A stretch of DNA of 63,728 nt, the filler included, from Rhabdomonas costata (lineage: Eukaryota), in the NCBI GenBank assembly GCA_019059605.1. It is 24 parts of 24 records of this genome, joined end to end, with 100 filler letters (N's around TTAATTAATTAA, not from the genome) between each part and the next. Parts side by side here need not be neighbours in the genome. Positions count along the whole stretch, not along the records: positions 23,956 to 26,515 come from JAHMHO010002862.1; positions 26,616 to 29,174 come from JAHMHO010002863.1; positions 29,275 to 31,845 come from JAHMHO010002864.1; positions 31,946 to 34,504 come from JAHMHO010002865.1; positions 34,605 to 37,162 come from JAHMHO010002866.1; positions 37,263 to 39,820 come from JAHMHO010002867.1; 18 more parts are not named here. One strand, written 5' to 3'. The notes below the pieces were generated by a model. The model made no database searches. It was not told the origin of the DNA and saw nothing but the letters and a program-made list of their open reading frames with translations. The translations under genes and the position numbers were made by a program. The number at the start of each line of letters is the position of its first letter. Position 1 is the first letter of the stretch. Positions 23,956-37,273 of this stretch are shown piece by piece.

Positions 23956-26271
23956 AAGGGTCCAGCAGCCGGTCACGGTGCACCGGAAGGGCGGTGAGAA
24001 GCAGAAGGATCCCGCCAACCTGCCGCACCAGCTCCGGCTCTCCTGCACACCCCACAGGTGAGGCGTTGAGCGTACAAGGTGGTCGTTTGTTCTTCTTTAA
24101 GTCGTCATTATCCGAGCAGAGGATTTCAACGGGGGTTAACTGAGGTATGATTTTCTGACCGCTTTGTCCAAAGCATGGGCCGCCGTGCACTGTGCCAAGG
24201 TTGTGCCAAGGGGTGCCTGGGAACTTCCGGAGGGTTTCCAGAGCCAGCCTCGCCGCGTCCTCCTGTGCCAGGACTTGGGTGTACGGGGAGTGGCATGAGG
24301 CCAGGGCGAGACATTCCAGAATCGCACCCTGCAGCTCCCGCGCTTGGGTGTGCGAGCGCAGCACCTGCAGGGACGATAGCATGGAGTAGCGTACGATGTG
24401 GTGACTTTCTCAAGCGATGCCTATGATGCCAATGGACGAAAAGGTAAAAGCAAGAAATGAGGCAAGGGGGTAACCACTAGTTGCAGGTAAATGACATCTT
24501 GGAGACCTGACGTTCAGGGCCAAAAACAACGAATCCGCGGGTTAAAAAGTTCCGGATGGTAACGGTAGACGCCTGATTGAGAATGGCTTGGCGCTGTATG
24601 ACTCTGTTTGAGACCGTCGCTGGGCCGACAAAGCGCACCCAGGGAAGCCCCCCATCCTGGCCGATGCTCTGCCCTGTCCTCTGCCCGCGGCGGCAAAATA
24701 CCTGAAACAGCCACTTCATAGTCTGCGAGGGGAGAGGGGGCGGCAGGCCGGCGGGCAGGGGCTCCCCTCGGGCACGCGGTGGGGCAACTAGTGCCGCCCG
24801 GAGCTCCCCCACCCGCCTCAGCAGGACCTCCAGGTCCTGGTCTGTGCACCCCATGGGCGAGTACCGGTCCGAGTGTGCCGGCCGCGCCGGCGGCAGGGCT
24901 CCGCTGGCCTGGTAGAGCACCGAGGCAATGCACAAATTCTCTGCGGGGCACTCCGGGGCCACCCCGTCCGCCTCCCTGACACGCCGTGGGAGGTCAACCT
25001 GTGATTCGGAAGTAGTCGCCGCGACAGTTCCGTTGAGCTCTACCGCACTCAAGAGGGCAACAATTTCATCAGTGTGTCACCTCCCACTCAGCTACTCACC
25101 TACAACCACGGAGTAACAGATGATGGTTCACTTTTTTACTCGGCTGCTGCTGAACCCAAACCTGAAGCGTCCACTGGGAGCCTCGTGAGCGTTGCCTTCC
25201 AACTTTTCTGAATTTGCTGTCACGTCTCGTCAACCAATGATCATCAAAGCTTGGGACGGAGCCCCAAGGGGGCAGTAATTTTCAAACAAGCAGCAGCACC
25301 ATTCAACAGCCAACCAACAGAGTGGGTGTTGGATGTCGGAAGGCAGTTTGCTGATTGTCCACAAAAAATATGCAATGATAATCATTGCATCTGGAGGGAT
25401 GAGGACAACACTATGAGGAAAAGCTTCACACTTTTTTTTTGTGCGTTGGGCACATTGCACGCTGGGCGTTGCCTGGTTGACTGGTTGACTGGTTGTTGGT
25501 GACCACTGTGGACTGAGGCGCACGCGTTGTTGGCCACGGGTGCCCGCGAGAGGTGCGTTGGAGCGAACTCCGCCGTTGGGAACCGAAACCGGCTCACCGC
25601 CGAACGTTCGACATCTGGTAACCTCCCTTCTGCCCCACGGGTCCCGGGCCATTGTCGCGCAGCTGCTCTTTTCCAGCGGCTACCTGCATTGCTCCATTGC
25701 GGCTCAGGTCACTGAGACTCCACACTCCTTCCTTAGGGGCCTGGGGCCTTTTCTCGCGGGAATGACCATTTGGAAGTGTGTGTTGCTCTTCTTAGACTGA
25801 TTGCTGCTTACAATGGCGAAGCTTCGGGCAATGCGAGACGAAGCTTCTTCAGCCCCCGAGTGAAATTGCTCCCTGCAGCTCTCCTCCCTTCGGAACCAGC
25901 CGCGCACACCAAAACTGGTCAAAACAAAAAACAGACCATGCCCCGGCACTACACCTCAGGACGTCCGGTTAACTCCGGAAACCAAACCGGAGGGTTTGCG
26001 CGAGGGTAGCGTGAGAAAAGGCGGTCCTCAGTGTAGCATTCTCATTCGTAATGTCGACCATTCAATCGTGGCGTGTCTAATCGGAGCGGTATCGAAGGGA
26101 CGGGGGCTGTGCTGGAGTGGGGTCGGAGGGGCACCCGTAGGCCACTACGCCCTGCCCCAGAGGGGTGTCCTGGTGCAGCTGAAGGACGGCCAACACCTCG
26201 TCCACAACCTCCTCCAGCACCACCGCGGATTCCGCTCCAAGCTGAGCCCCACGCTGCAACTCTGCGCGCAT
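23956..26271 (-). CDS. Several exons of an unidentified helical (possibly ARM-like) protein
   Basis: GC3-rich AG/GT-bounded segments such as VLRSHTQARELQGAILECLALAS..AARLALETLRKFP and EPELVRQVGGILLLLTAL. The exon chain was not fully resolved. Confidence 0.35.
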
Positions 26272-29200
26272 TGAAAACCACTGTAGCGTTCCCGCAACCT
26301 TCGCGCTCGCCCCAGCGCTAATGCTGTGCGTGGTTTGCCCAGCTCACTCTTTCTGGACAGATTCGATGGTGCGCACACACACAACCGCAGGCACCCCCCT
26401 CAGGCAGCCCCTGTCTTCCGTTCGACCGCCACTTCCCTTTCCCCACACCAATCGACATGGCGACTCCCTCAGAAAACTTAAGCGTCAGTGCCCATTCACG
26501 GCAGGCGAAAATTGGNNNNNNNNNNNNNNNNNNNNNNNNNNNNNNNNNNNNNNNNNNNNTTAATTAATTAANNNNNNNNNNNNNNNNNNNNNNNNNNNNN
26601 NNNNNNNNNNNNNNNGTGTGGGGGGTCCTGATCCCCTGGTCGCTGATTACGCTTTATACATTCAGGAAGCCATTAAGTAGCAACTACACTAAAGTTATAT
26701 CAATGACCAGGGGATCAGGACCACCCACCCACACATCACACACAAGCAAAGAACAAAACCCAGCCATATTCAGTTGCAATGCATTCTGCATATTTCTTTT
26801 GCCCATGGAACGTTGTGCCACGCGTCACAATTAAATGTTTGGAGCGGCATTTACGGTTCGTGGAGCGGTTTAGCGGAGGATAGGCGGTTATATTTGGCGG
26901 CTTCGTCGGTAGAGATGAATCCGATACCCCGGAACCACAGCATCTTTGCGTGAGTCCGGGGTATCGTGGGGGTGGGCGTTCGTGGCAGGACCCCCTTCTC
27001 AGAATACCGTCGGTGGCATTATCATTTCTGACAAACAGTATTGCTTCATTAGGTAGCATTTGAATGAGTGGTAAGATGGGAACGGCATGCCAACGATGGG
27101 ACGGGCGCAGAAGTCGGCAAGAACATTCCGATCCAGCCTTGTTTGTCGATGAGTAAATAACGCATTGACTCCCATGACACAACGCGCCGCCAGTAGCGTG
27201 AGTTTTGATCTATTAGGGCATTTGGAAACACCTCGTCCCGAGCGGCCGCTCCGTTTCAGGCGTCGTCGTTGTCCGGCGTGGGGCGCCATTTTCCAGCCCA
27301 GGTCCCAATAGGTGGCTTTTTTCCGAGTGCCTAGGGTATTTTACCGGCATCCCGCCTAAACATTAAGGCAACTACGAAAACCAACGTGTTCTTTATCTTG
27401 GTATCCACTTGCTGACTTTCCTCTGTGTCTGGAGCAGTTACACTGACCCATTATTTGCTGGCATTTGAGGGCGGACCTACCGGCTATCAACACCGGTACC
27501 ACTACACGCAAAACATGCTGCTAGAGGCACTATGTACGTGCATGGCTACATAAACCAACAGAAACTTCAATATTGTCCCATTGTCCGTCTACAAAAGGTG
27601 TCGCGTTTATTTATGTGCTAATTTGTGACCCCTTTGCTCATGCGATTTCTTCTATACAAAACATCCTTCCTAACATAGCTTACGTTACATTTTATTCGCT
27701 TCCCCAAATGCTTCTGCAAACGCCACTACACTCCGATGCACTTTCGGCGACGACACTGGAAATACCCGCAGCTTTGGCTGTGCCAGCGTGGACGCTGTTG
27801 GTGTCACGCTAGGCTGCACACCAGCGGGTTGTGTGATATAAATGGCAGCTTCCGGGGTAAATTATTTTGGTTTATCATGTTTCCAGCCGCTGATCATTGC
27901 TTTCACACGGAACAGCAACCTTTCGTTGTGTGGCCACGGCCGGATTTACTTCACCCTGGGCACCCTGCCCAGATGGGCTGCGTTCAAACAGTGACCACAG
28001 ATCCCCCCAGGTTCCGTCAAGCGGACACTGGGGAAGAGCATAATACATGCCAACCGCCCAACGGGCGAGCCAGTGGTTGACGTCTCACAACGTGTTCTTC
28101 ACTCGGTATTTCCCGACGGGACCACCGAGACCACCGCAAACGGTGCCAGGAGCATGGAAGACACCTTTGACTGCACCATGGCGGAGCCCGTCTTCGACCC
28201 CGGTGCAACTCGGAATATTGGTAAACCGTGGTGAAATTGCTATGACTTTATTGAAATAAATGCTGGTGGTACAGCGACTTTCGGTGCCCGTTTGAGGGCT
28301 GTCCGCCGGGCATTCCATCCTCGCCAAGGGTGGCTTGGCACTGACTGGGAACCTTGCCGGACTCGGTTCAACGGATGTCGCGGTGGAGTCGATGCGGCCT
28401 CATCCTATCGAAGCGGGGTGAGGTGGGGTGGCGCATGCTCGGCCAAAGGCTCCTCTTGCCCAACCCCGCAAGTGCGTGCGCTAAGCACCGCGCTGCTGCC
28501 AGCCGACCTCACTCGAGACTTGAGAATTCATCGTCCCGCAACTGAGCTGCTTCCAGCCGTTTAACATGGCGGGCACATGCTTCAGCAAGGTTTTGCCATG
28601 AGTTTATGTGATAGCTGTGCGTGGTGCCGTTCAACCAAGGGAGCACCCGTCCAAACCGTGCGTTTCTTTGCGTTTTTTTTTGAAATTTCGATTCGGGAAG
28701 TTCGGGCTAATTGAACTACGGGCATTTGAACTCTACAGTGCGCAAGATCTGGTACTTTTGTTTGGTTGTTGGTAGTTTGTAATTAGCAGCCTCCTTAAAG
28801 GTAAGATGAACTTTTCCATTTGAAATTCACTTCTTTGAGCGTTTTTTGACCCGGTCGTCACCGAACACTTACACTCACACTCTTTACAATGCGTCTACGC
28901 CAGTCCTTCCGCAAACATACCTGGAAAGCATGCCGCAAGCCTCCCCTTCGTAAATTCAAGGACCACAGAGGCCGATCCACAATCCGAACTTGCCGGTATG
29001 TCCAGTTCGACCACCCCCATGTGTTTTTCCACTTGCGCTTAGCACTGCTCGACCTGACCGGCCAGTTTGATGACAGAGACGCCTAACAGACACAGACCGG
29101 CTTTCATTGTTTGAGAAAAATGGAGACAAAACACAACAACTACATAGCAACATGTCCATTCCAACCCCACACCCNNNNNNNNNNNNNNNNNNNNNNNNNN

Positions 29201-29422
29201 NNNNNNNNNNNNNNNNNNTTAATTAATTAANNNNNNNNNNNNNNNNNNNNNNNNNNNNNNNNNNNNNNNNNNNNGGTTGGTGGTTGGGAGGCAAGTTTTC
29301 CATGCCGGGCGTGCACGTGTTTACCCGGCGTTTTAGGCCAGTTTCAAGAATACGGAAGCACGGTCTCCGCGTTGTGCGTGTGTGTGTGTGTGTGTGTGTT
29401 TTGGAGGGTGGGTGCTCGTCAG

Positions 29423-30258
29423 GTCTGGAATGGTTCAGCGTTCAACGGTACGCTGTGCAACCTGGTCTCCTTCTTGGGAGATCTGCACGACAAGATGACC
29501 AGATTCATCAACGACCCCGCTGACGAGCCCGCAAAGAGATGTGCGGCGGGGGCAAACCCAATTGCGGGCTCCCACCCTGCAATTTCGTGTGTGCAAAATT
29601 CCTTCTGCAACTGCGGGTTGCGCAGCTGGAGTTGGGATGGCGTGTGGGACGCGCTCTTTATTTTTCTGCTCTCGGTTTGCACACAGGTACGCAGTGCAAG
29701 GTGGCCAGCAGCTGCAGTTTTACCTAGACAGCCTGCCGCTTTCCCGTATCCTTTCCGCCGTGGCTGACTCGGTATGCGCCGTCCCTGCTTCCGCGGTGTC
29801 AGCGGCGCTCCTGCAGCTTTAGCTGACCTCTCCCGCAAAGCCGCTCGCCGCAGCCTGCGGGGTCTTCCTCGTCGATGATCTCCTGCAGGGCGGTAACCGC
29901 AGAAGGCTGTTTGTGGGCATGTCCTCCGAACCTGACATGTTGCTTCGGTTTCGGTTTAGGGTGTTCTGTGTGCGTTTGCTTACCAAACGCGTGCTTAATT
30001 TGGCATCTCTTAACTTTAGCGATGAGAAGTGGGCTGTGGGCAAAATTACTGCAGATCGTTGTCAGAGACCTCATGTGCACCGTAAGGCCGGTGGTATTTC
30101 AGTTGTATGTACTCCGTTCGATCACTGGCACATTCCGCGAACAGCCCATTCACCGTTGCATCGGGAACAGCCCCTGGCAAGGGCCGGCCGCACATCTCGA
30201 CAGGATAGCTTTCGGTGAGGCCGCCCTCTTCTACCACGCGTACCCCCAACACCTTTAG
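29423..30258 (+). CDS. Exons of an unidentified protein (3' part)
   Basis: VWNGSAFNGTLCNLVSFLGDLHDKMTRFINDP.., QGGQQLQFYLDSLPLSRILSAVADS|PLAAACGVFLVDDLLQG and ..AALFYHAYPQHL*, with plausible GT-AG junctions. Confidence 0.4.
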
Positions 30259-32282
30259 CACTGGGTCGCTTGTAGGATGTTCACTCGTAATGGTTTGGCC
30301 CGCCGGCCCGGGTCACACAGAATGGTCGGCAGTATCAGAGGCTTTCAAACCCCCGTTAGTTTTTGTGATGGACTGGGGTTCTTGGCTGGAAAAACACGCA
30401 CCGTCGCAGATTCGGGGGAGGGGGTACCTTAAGGAAAGACCATACAAACCCTGAAGTTATATAAGCGTGTTTTCAACTCGCGCGCACACCCATACGTTTT
30501 CAGAAAGTAAAGAAAATATCTAATCAGTGCTCTGCCCTTTTCCCGCGGGACCGAGGCCACACGAAAGCACCACGACTCTCGTAACACCACTCCCTTCGCA
30601 TTACGGCCGAAACTTGTCGGAACCGGAACGGTTTGGACGAAGTTTTCTTGATTTTTAACTGCAACCCCCCTCTTAACAGCCGCAAAAGTCGATGAGGCGA
30701 TATGAACCTCCGGCGGCGGGGCCGCCAACACGGGCAAGTACCACGCGGGCTGTGTCGCAAAAAGAATAAAACACAGCCTGAAGCACCCCAAACGGTGCCG
30801 TGGAAGACATTGTGACCCTCGCGATGTGGAAGATCCCGGCGCAGATGCGGTTCATTCGGGACATGCAACCCCCAACCTTGTGGTACATCATGGCCGATCC
30901 TAAAGCCCCGGTCTCTGTCCAGGTCACCAAGGTGTTCCTCATTCCAGAGGAAGATAGCCAGCACATCAAGGTGTTTCCAGCGACTAGTTTCCAGAGGTTT
31001 CATACAGATTCCAGAGATCCGACATGGTGAGCGGAGACGGATCTCAGCCTCTCGTGAGACAGCTACTGGCCAAACGCTCGGTCAGGCTAGGCTACCCATC
31101 CACAGCTGGTAGAGAGAGCAGAGCAGAGTAGGGCCAGGTGAGAGACGGATGGCCGATAGAGTGACAGTGGTGGAAGACCCCGGGTGAGACAGAGAGCCAG
31201 GCCACGGGAGGCAGGCAGCATGGAAGGGGAATGCGTGCACACAACACGACTGCAGAGATTAAGGTGGTATGTTTTCGGAGTTTTTCAGAGGAAGAAGGAT
31301 GCACCCACAGTGTTTTTCCAGAGTTTTCACAGGTGAAAGAGACGAGGAGGCCGAGATTTCACAGGATTTTCACAGACAAGGCCTCAGGGGGTGCAGGCGG
31401 AGAAGACGGACAGTGTGGTGTGTTACACAGCGGCAGTTTGAAAGGTTATGGTCCCTTCTTTTGTCTATGATTTCAAATTTTACGTTAGGTGTTGAAGAAA
31501 TCCAAAAAGTCGTCAGATCGCTTGTTTTCCAGAGTGTTTTTCTCGTTATTTTCGCCTTTTGTTGTTACAGAGGTGCCCTAAAAGAACCACAGCAGAGCCG
31601 CAGGCCAGAGCCGAGCGGAGACCAGGAGGGCCATGCAGAGGTACAGAGGGCGGTGGGTTTGCAGAGCGTGAGGAATGGGGACGCTGTTGGTTACACAGGA
31701 CAGGGTGTGTGTGTGTGCAGTCGTGTGCCCCTTCCACATCCTTCGCTTTGGTTGGGAGATCGGGGAAAGGCATAAGCGGCGAGACCCGCCCAGCGGAACC
31801 CCTCCAAAAACCCAGAAGGTGTGAGCCCTAAGGCCCGACAATTCGNNNNNNNNNNNNNNNNNNNNNNNNNNNNNNNNNNNNNNNNNNNNTTAATTAATTA
31901 ANNNNNNNNNNNNNNNNNNNNNNNNNNNNNNNNNNNNNNNNNNNNTGTTTTGTGGTACACTTCTACGCTGACTTTGGGGATTTCCCCTGACAATTTCAAA
32001 GGAGCGCCAGCCCTCTTTGCGTTTTCTTTCTGGTTCTTTCAGCCCCTTTCAGCACAAGCTCCTATTTCTGACGTTTATGTGATTGTTTCACGTTTTCACA
32101 CACGCAAGCGACGGGAAGACAAGGAAACAAAGGGGTGACCTCAAGGCCGGTCCATCACCTTCTTCTTTGTAAGGAGATGGGAGGGGGAGGATGGGGTACT
32201 CACGGGGCAGCTACCAAAGAAGGGAGGGTACACACCACAACACTGCGGCAGCTGAGCATTTTTCTGTTCGTGCTGCACTCAG

Positions 32283-32494
32283 ATGCCGTGTACGCCGCGG
32301 CGGAGTCCCCGAAGGGGGAGCTTGGGGTGTACCTGCAGGGCGACGGCGACAGCCTCCCGCACCGTGCCCGGGTGCGCGCCCCGGGGTTCTTCCACCTCTC
32401 CGCGCTGCCGTACATGGTGCAGAACCTCCTGCTGCCCGACCTGGTCGCCGTGATCGGCACCATGGACATCGTGTTCGGCGAGGTCGACCGCTGA
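32283..32494 (+). CDS. NDUFS2: NADH dehydrogenase 49-kDa subunit (NDUFS2/Nad7), nuclear last exon
   Basis: After a CAG acceptor: AVYAAAESPKGELGVYLQGDGDSLPHRARVRAPGFFHLSAL..LLPDLVAVIGTMDIVFGEVDR*, the diagnostic Nad7 C-terminus, with very high GC3. Confidence 0.95.
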
Positions 32495-32679
32495 GCGCCC
32501 GGCAAGGGACCAACCCCACCCGCTCAACCCATCGCCCCACAGTCTTGTGCTGTTCAAGCGCGGGCCTTCGGGAGGTTTTTCTCTGTGTTCAGCGGATTCT
32601 CAAGTGTTCCTCTCTTTCCCCCTCTGTCTTTGATCGTCTCTTTTCACTCTCTTTGTCTCCCCTGTGGCCCGCAGATGCC

Positions 32680-32733
32680 CTTCTTCTTCTTCTTCTTCTT
32701 CTTCTTCTTCTTCTGCTGCTGCTGCTGCTGCTT
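32680..32733. repeat. Compound (CTT)n(CTG)n microsatellite downstream of NDUFS2
   Basis: Direct inspection. Confidence 0.9.
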
Positions 32734-33869
32734 CTCGCACGAGTTCTATGGAGATGCTCTTTCACGCCCTAAACATCCCCTTCCCTCCCACGTTCCTCCT
32801 TCTGCGATGCGGGGCTGCGTCGTTGGCAGGCGGGGGGAGAGAGAAAGAGGCGCGTTATGGGAGCTGGGGACTTCGGGGGTTGAGATTGGAAAAAGAGTTC
32901 TCTCCTCACCTTCAGCATCTTCTCTGTCATCTCTCTGTCCTGTGCCCCGCGCCTTCACCTGTTTTTGTTCCGCCAGCCAGCCAGCCACCCCGAGAGAGAG
33001 ACCATTTGACGATTTATATCACTCCCTTTCCGACTGTCTGTTGCCGGTGCGGCACAGCAGTGTGCTGAAGTGGGAGAGCAGGGAGGTTCTTTGTAATGTG
33101 CCGATGCGGACTGACAGTGGGGCAGTTTGAACTGCGCTGGCGTGAGCACTTACGGGTTCCTTGCATCGTTGCAATGGCATGCGAGCATCGAATGCGGTAA
33201 ACGTTCAAAAGAAAGGCTGTGATTGAGTCACTTGGAGATCTTCCCAAGAGCCGCTGCTTTCATTTCTGAACAGCGCGATTGTTTTCCGATCGTGTTCGGT
33301 GAAAGTGGTGTTATCAATGAAAAACTTCTCTTTTTCGCCGCCACCTCGAGGGCAATTTCAGCATTGAATTGGCCGCAAGTCAGCGTTTTCAACCTACCCT
33401 GCAAACCATTTCTTGAAGACGTGTGGCTGCGCTGTAGACCCGCGCCGGGCAGGAGCTGTGAGGTCAATGGAACGTTGAGCGACTTGTGCTTGCCGGCGCA
33501 GATGGGGTGAGAATCCCCGATGAGGCCATCCAGCAGTCTGTGTCGTTTTCCCCTTGCGAGTGAAATCTTTAGATCTCCCGTGAAAAAATTTAGATCTCCC
33601 ATGAAAAAAAGCAAGGCATACAATTCAGCAGCAAACATAACTGTGCATTTGGGGGACAGAGTAGGAGTAAAAACGGAAATCATACACAGCCGTAGTTTTT
33701 CGCCCTCCAGTTTGGCCCAAGGTCAGCGCGAAGTAGCAAAACACAGCTCCTCTCCTGCCTACGAGCGAAGTGGATAACTTTTGTTTCTGTTCATTTACGA
33801 TTGATTTTCACCGAATCCACGGTCTCTGTCATGCATGTGAGCTGCTCGCTCTTCTTGCAGAGAAAAAGC

Positions 33870-34262
33870 ATGCAGCCAAAATTGATGGGACTGTTTTTGG
33901 GCTATGCCGCGGGTAGTGAGCCCCCGCTGGTGGCTGTGGTGCTACTTCTCTGCTTGGCGGGCGCTCCTCAGGGCACTCTGTGCCCCGGCCCCGACTCCGG
34001 GGGCTACACCTGCTCCAATATTCCGATTAGCTTCGAGCAGGTCCCCAACGCTTTGGACATCACCGCCACCGTGCTGGCCAACAGCGTGGCCGTGGAGCAG
34101 CTTCCCTTCGGGTTCCCATTTTATGGCTCCACGTACCAGTCCGTGACTGTGGCGCTGGACGGTTACCTCACGTTTGTCACCAACGCAGGGGCGTCCGTGG
34201 GTTCGCCCCAGGCTTTGCCTACTACGGCGGTGACCAACGCGATCTTTGGATTCTGGGGCTCC
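33870..34262 (+). CDS. Secreted protein with NIDO-like domain, first exon
   Basis: Hydrophobic leader (LVAVVLLLCLAG), GPDSGGY, then LPFGFPFYGSTYQSVTVALDGYLTF..AIFGFW, matching the LPF.FPFYG..Y..v.V..nG.l.F pattern. Confidence 0.65.
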
Positions 34263-34847
34263 GTGTGCCGGCAGTGCATACCCTCCTTGCAGATCCTTGT
34301 CCTCGGAACCCCAACAAAGTTAGAATATCGATTTTGAATCGTGTGGTGTGCTTGCGAAGCCTGTGGTTTTCGGTATGGTGTGGAATTGTTGTTTGACCCC
34401 AAAAATCTCAAACTGCGTGTTCGTTGGTGCCTATGCTTAACGTACACTGCCTCCGCCATGTCACAAACTGTTCGGGCACAGCACATTAGATGCCCACCCC
34501 CACCNNNNNNNNNNNNNNNNNNNNNNNNNNNNNNNNNNNNNNNNNNNNTTAATTAATTAANNNNNNNNNNNNNNNNNNNNNNNNNNNNNNNNNNNNNNNN
34601 NNNNGTTTTTTGGGTGAAACCTTATGAACGGTCCTGAACAGTCGTTCGGCGCTAAACATTCTGCACAGGCTCTGCGGCACATCAGTCAGTTGGGCTGAAC
34701 ACTGCCTTCCTAATTCCACGATAACCGAAGCTTGAAACACGCGGAAACGGAGGGGAGGGGGCGTGAGGTCGTCCTCTCGGGAGGTGTCCTTCCCAAAAAG
34801 CTGAGGAGACTGCACCCCCACTGTCACCATGTGTTGCTCTACCGCTC

Positions 34848-36627
34848 TCAAACGCCGCAGGCTGAGGTTGTGGTGGCGGTGCCGTGGAGTACCAACCCGC
34901 CACTGTGCAGCGGAGGGGAGCGGGAGGGCTCGGAGTGCTGGGAGTCGCCCTCGTCCGGGGAAGGGAAGAAGCTGGTCCAGTTGTACGTGAAGGTTCCGCT
35001 CACAATCAGCAGGAACCCAAAGAGCTGGACCGGGCTGGACTTGGTCCACTTCTCCCCAAGGTGCCCGTCAGAGAACCTGGGAATTCCAATTGCCCCATCC
35101 CTACAGCACCGCTCACAACACAACAGCCAATGTCTAGTGATGTGTCAAACCAGGCAGGCCCGAGACATTGACTGTATTCAGCAGTACCTCGTGCGCACGT
35201 GCATTGCAAATCATCAACAGTGGCTACACAGTTCTGTCAGGGAAAAACAACTTCTTGCGCCAACCTCCGCCACGGTCGCACAAAGCAACCCCCCGCCCGC
35301 CGTGAGACCACTGTGAACCTCAAGAAAGGACTGCTGACTGACGGAAGGCAGCGTGTGTGCAAGTGTGTGCGTGTTCGAGAAGTGGTGGTAGGCAGAAGCA
35401 AGTGTGGAACCAGTAGTACAGCATCAGGTCAATGGCCCACGCGAACACCGTGCGGAGGGTCTCAAAGATTGTCTTGTGCAGCGCGCTCATGTCCTTCGTG
35501 AACACCACCCCTACACGGAAGGAATACACACACATATCCCACATAGCCCATGGAGCCCATGGACGAGGGTCGCGTGGGGATAGTGCGCCCAATGATCACA
35601 GTTATTGCTTAAGCGACATTTGTAGGATAGGCTTCACACAGACCACAGGGGTATTAGTTGCAGGTGATGAGCAGGCTACCATATCATAGTAGTCATCGTT
35701 AAGGGTACATCTGCGTTTCGGCAGGAGACACAGCACGATGCTCGGTTTGGACTGCAGCGTGCGTCGCAGTGGCGCGGTCGCTTTGGACACTTGACTCCGC
35801 ATACACCATATCACCATATCACCATATCGAAAACGACCGCTCGGATCCAGCCTGCTCTCCCGTGACTTTCTTCCACAGAAGACTTGACTTTGTCGAACAC
35901 CCACAACACAGGCCACAACAGAGCCCACACCTAACAAGGTACCCTGAACATACACCACAGTGTAGCTCAGAAGCTTGCAGGATAGGTGCAGGTTCCAGAA
36001 TAGCAGCCAAGGGTCGTAGTTCCCAACACATGGCTACAAATAGATCAAAGCTTCGCTTAGTTTCACAGGAAGGAACGTAGTGCGGGTAAACAGGACGTTT
36101 CGTAGGTCGTACGTCTTAGGGTCTTAGGGTTTTCGGTTCAGTTGTGATTGGTTGTGACGGATCGCGAGGTGGGAAGAATACAGAAAGGAGAGCTTGCCTG
36201 ACTTCACTCTCCCATGGGTTTTTTCATGGCTTGGACAAGATGAAAGCAGTTTAGGAGTACTATTGCACTCTACTCATGTGCGCAGATAAGATCTGTGACA
36301 AGTCTTGTCCTGCTTTGTTTCTTCTTCACTACTGGAATGGAAGCAAAGCGAAAGCCAGCTCACAGAGTCGTATTAGTAGGATCACCAACACGCAGACGGA
36401 TCCGCACCGAAGTAATTGTACAGCAAGGTGCTAAGCAGGTCGCTGAGCTGCACCACCACCAGGAACACGCTGTGCACCAACATGGCGGCGCTGTCCACGG
36501 TGTTCTCAAAGCTGCCCATGTCTGAGCCCGGCAGGGCCTGGCACAGCGGAAGCACCACGGCCAGACAAACCACAGTGCCGTACACCCCCTCGTAGCCCAC
36601 CACGATCAGGGCGTCCAGGTTAACGTC
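34848..36627 (-). CDS. SLC35F6-like (drug/metabolite transporter superfamily) protein, last three exons 36627-36408, 35510-35411, 35076-34848
   Basis: VVGYEGVYG..LPGSDMGSFENTVD..YNYFG|VVFTKDMSALHKTIFETLRTVFAWAIDL..W|FSDGHLGEKW..QLFGFLLIVSGTFTYN. Phases 1 and 2 are consistent and the frame ends at TGA. Confidence 0.88.
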
Positions 36628-37273
36628 CTGAGGTAAAGCCGCAAAATTTGACAACTGCCCATCTGACCTCCCGATCGGAGCTGAGCATCCCAGTCTGCTC
36701 ATATCACCCGGTGACCTCTCTTCGGGATATCGGGACCTCTTGGATCCTTATCTGCGACTCTCTACGGCTTTCGCAAATGTCGTCAGGCTTTTTTCTTTCT
36801 TGGGCTCGAGCTTCTTCTCGTAAATCTCCCTGTCCCCCATACCCTTGACCGGAAACACACACATACACACGGCTGGGTGTGAAGGGTTAACACTTGTACA
36901 GATGTACAGATACTGTCAGGTACCGAAATCGGCTCGAATCCATATCACGCTGGTATTTCTTGGGCGTAATGGTGAAGGCAACTCTGGACCCAACCCAACC
37001 AGAACTTCGCCAGCAAAACATGGGGGCCTGGATGGGGACATGAACTCCCTTTAGCCTCGAGCAGTCGCGAAACTTGAGTCGATGGCTGGCCTCTCCTTCA
37101 ACCTCACACACACTAACCTCCGAAAACTCCAGCGAAGGTAAAAAAAACAATTAAAAACCAACNNNNNNNNNNNNNNNNNNNNNNNNNNNNNNNNNNNNNN
37201 NNNNNNTTAATTAATTAANNNNNNNNNNNNNNNNNNNNNNNNNNNNNNNNNNNNNNNNNNNNTTGTTGGGGGG

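Noticed and set aside
29539-29694. Possible non-conventional AT..AG stem-forming intron
   Set aside because: A canonical GT donor at 29541 and the nearby ..GTACGCAG acceptor give the correct frame, so no unusual intron is needed.
29772-29840. Second apparent in-frame TAG (29820-29822), which could support stop-codon reassignment
   Set aside because: It falls inside a plausible 69-nt intron (GTATGC...CTGAC...AAG) whose removal keeps the frame.
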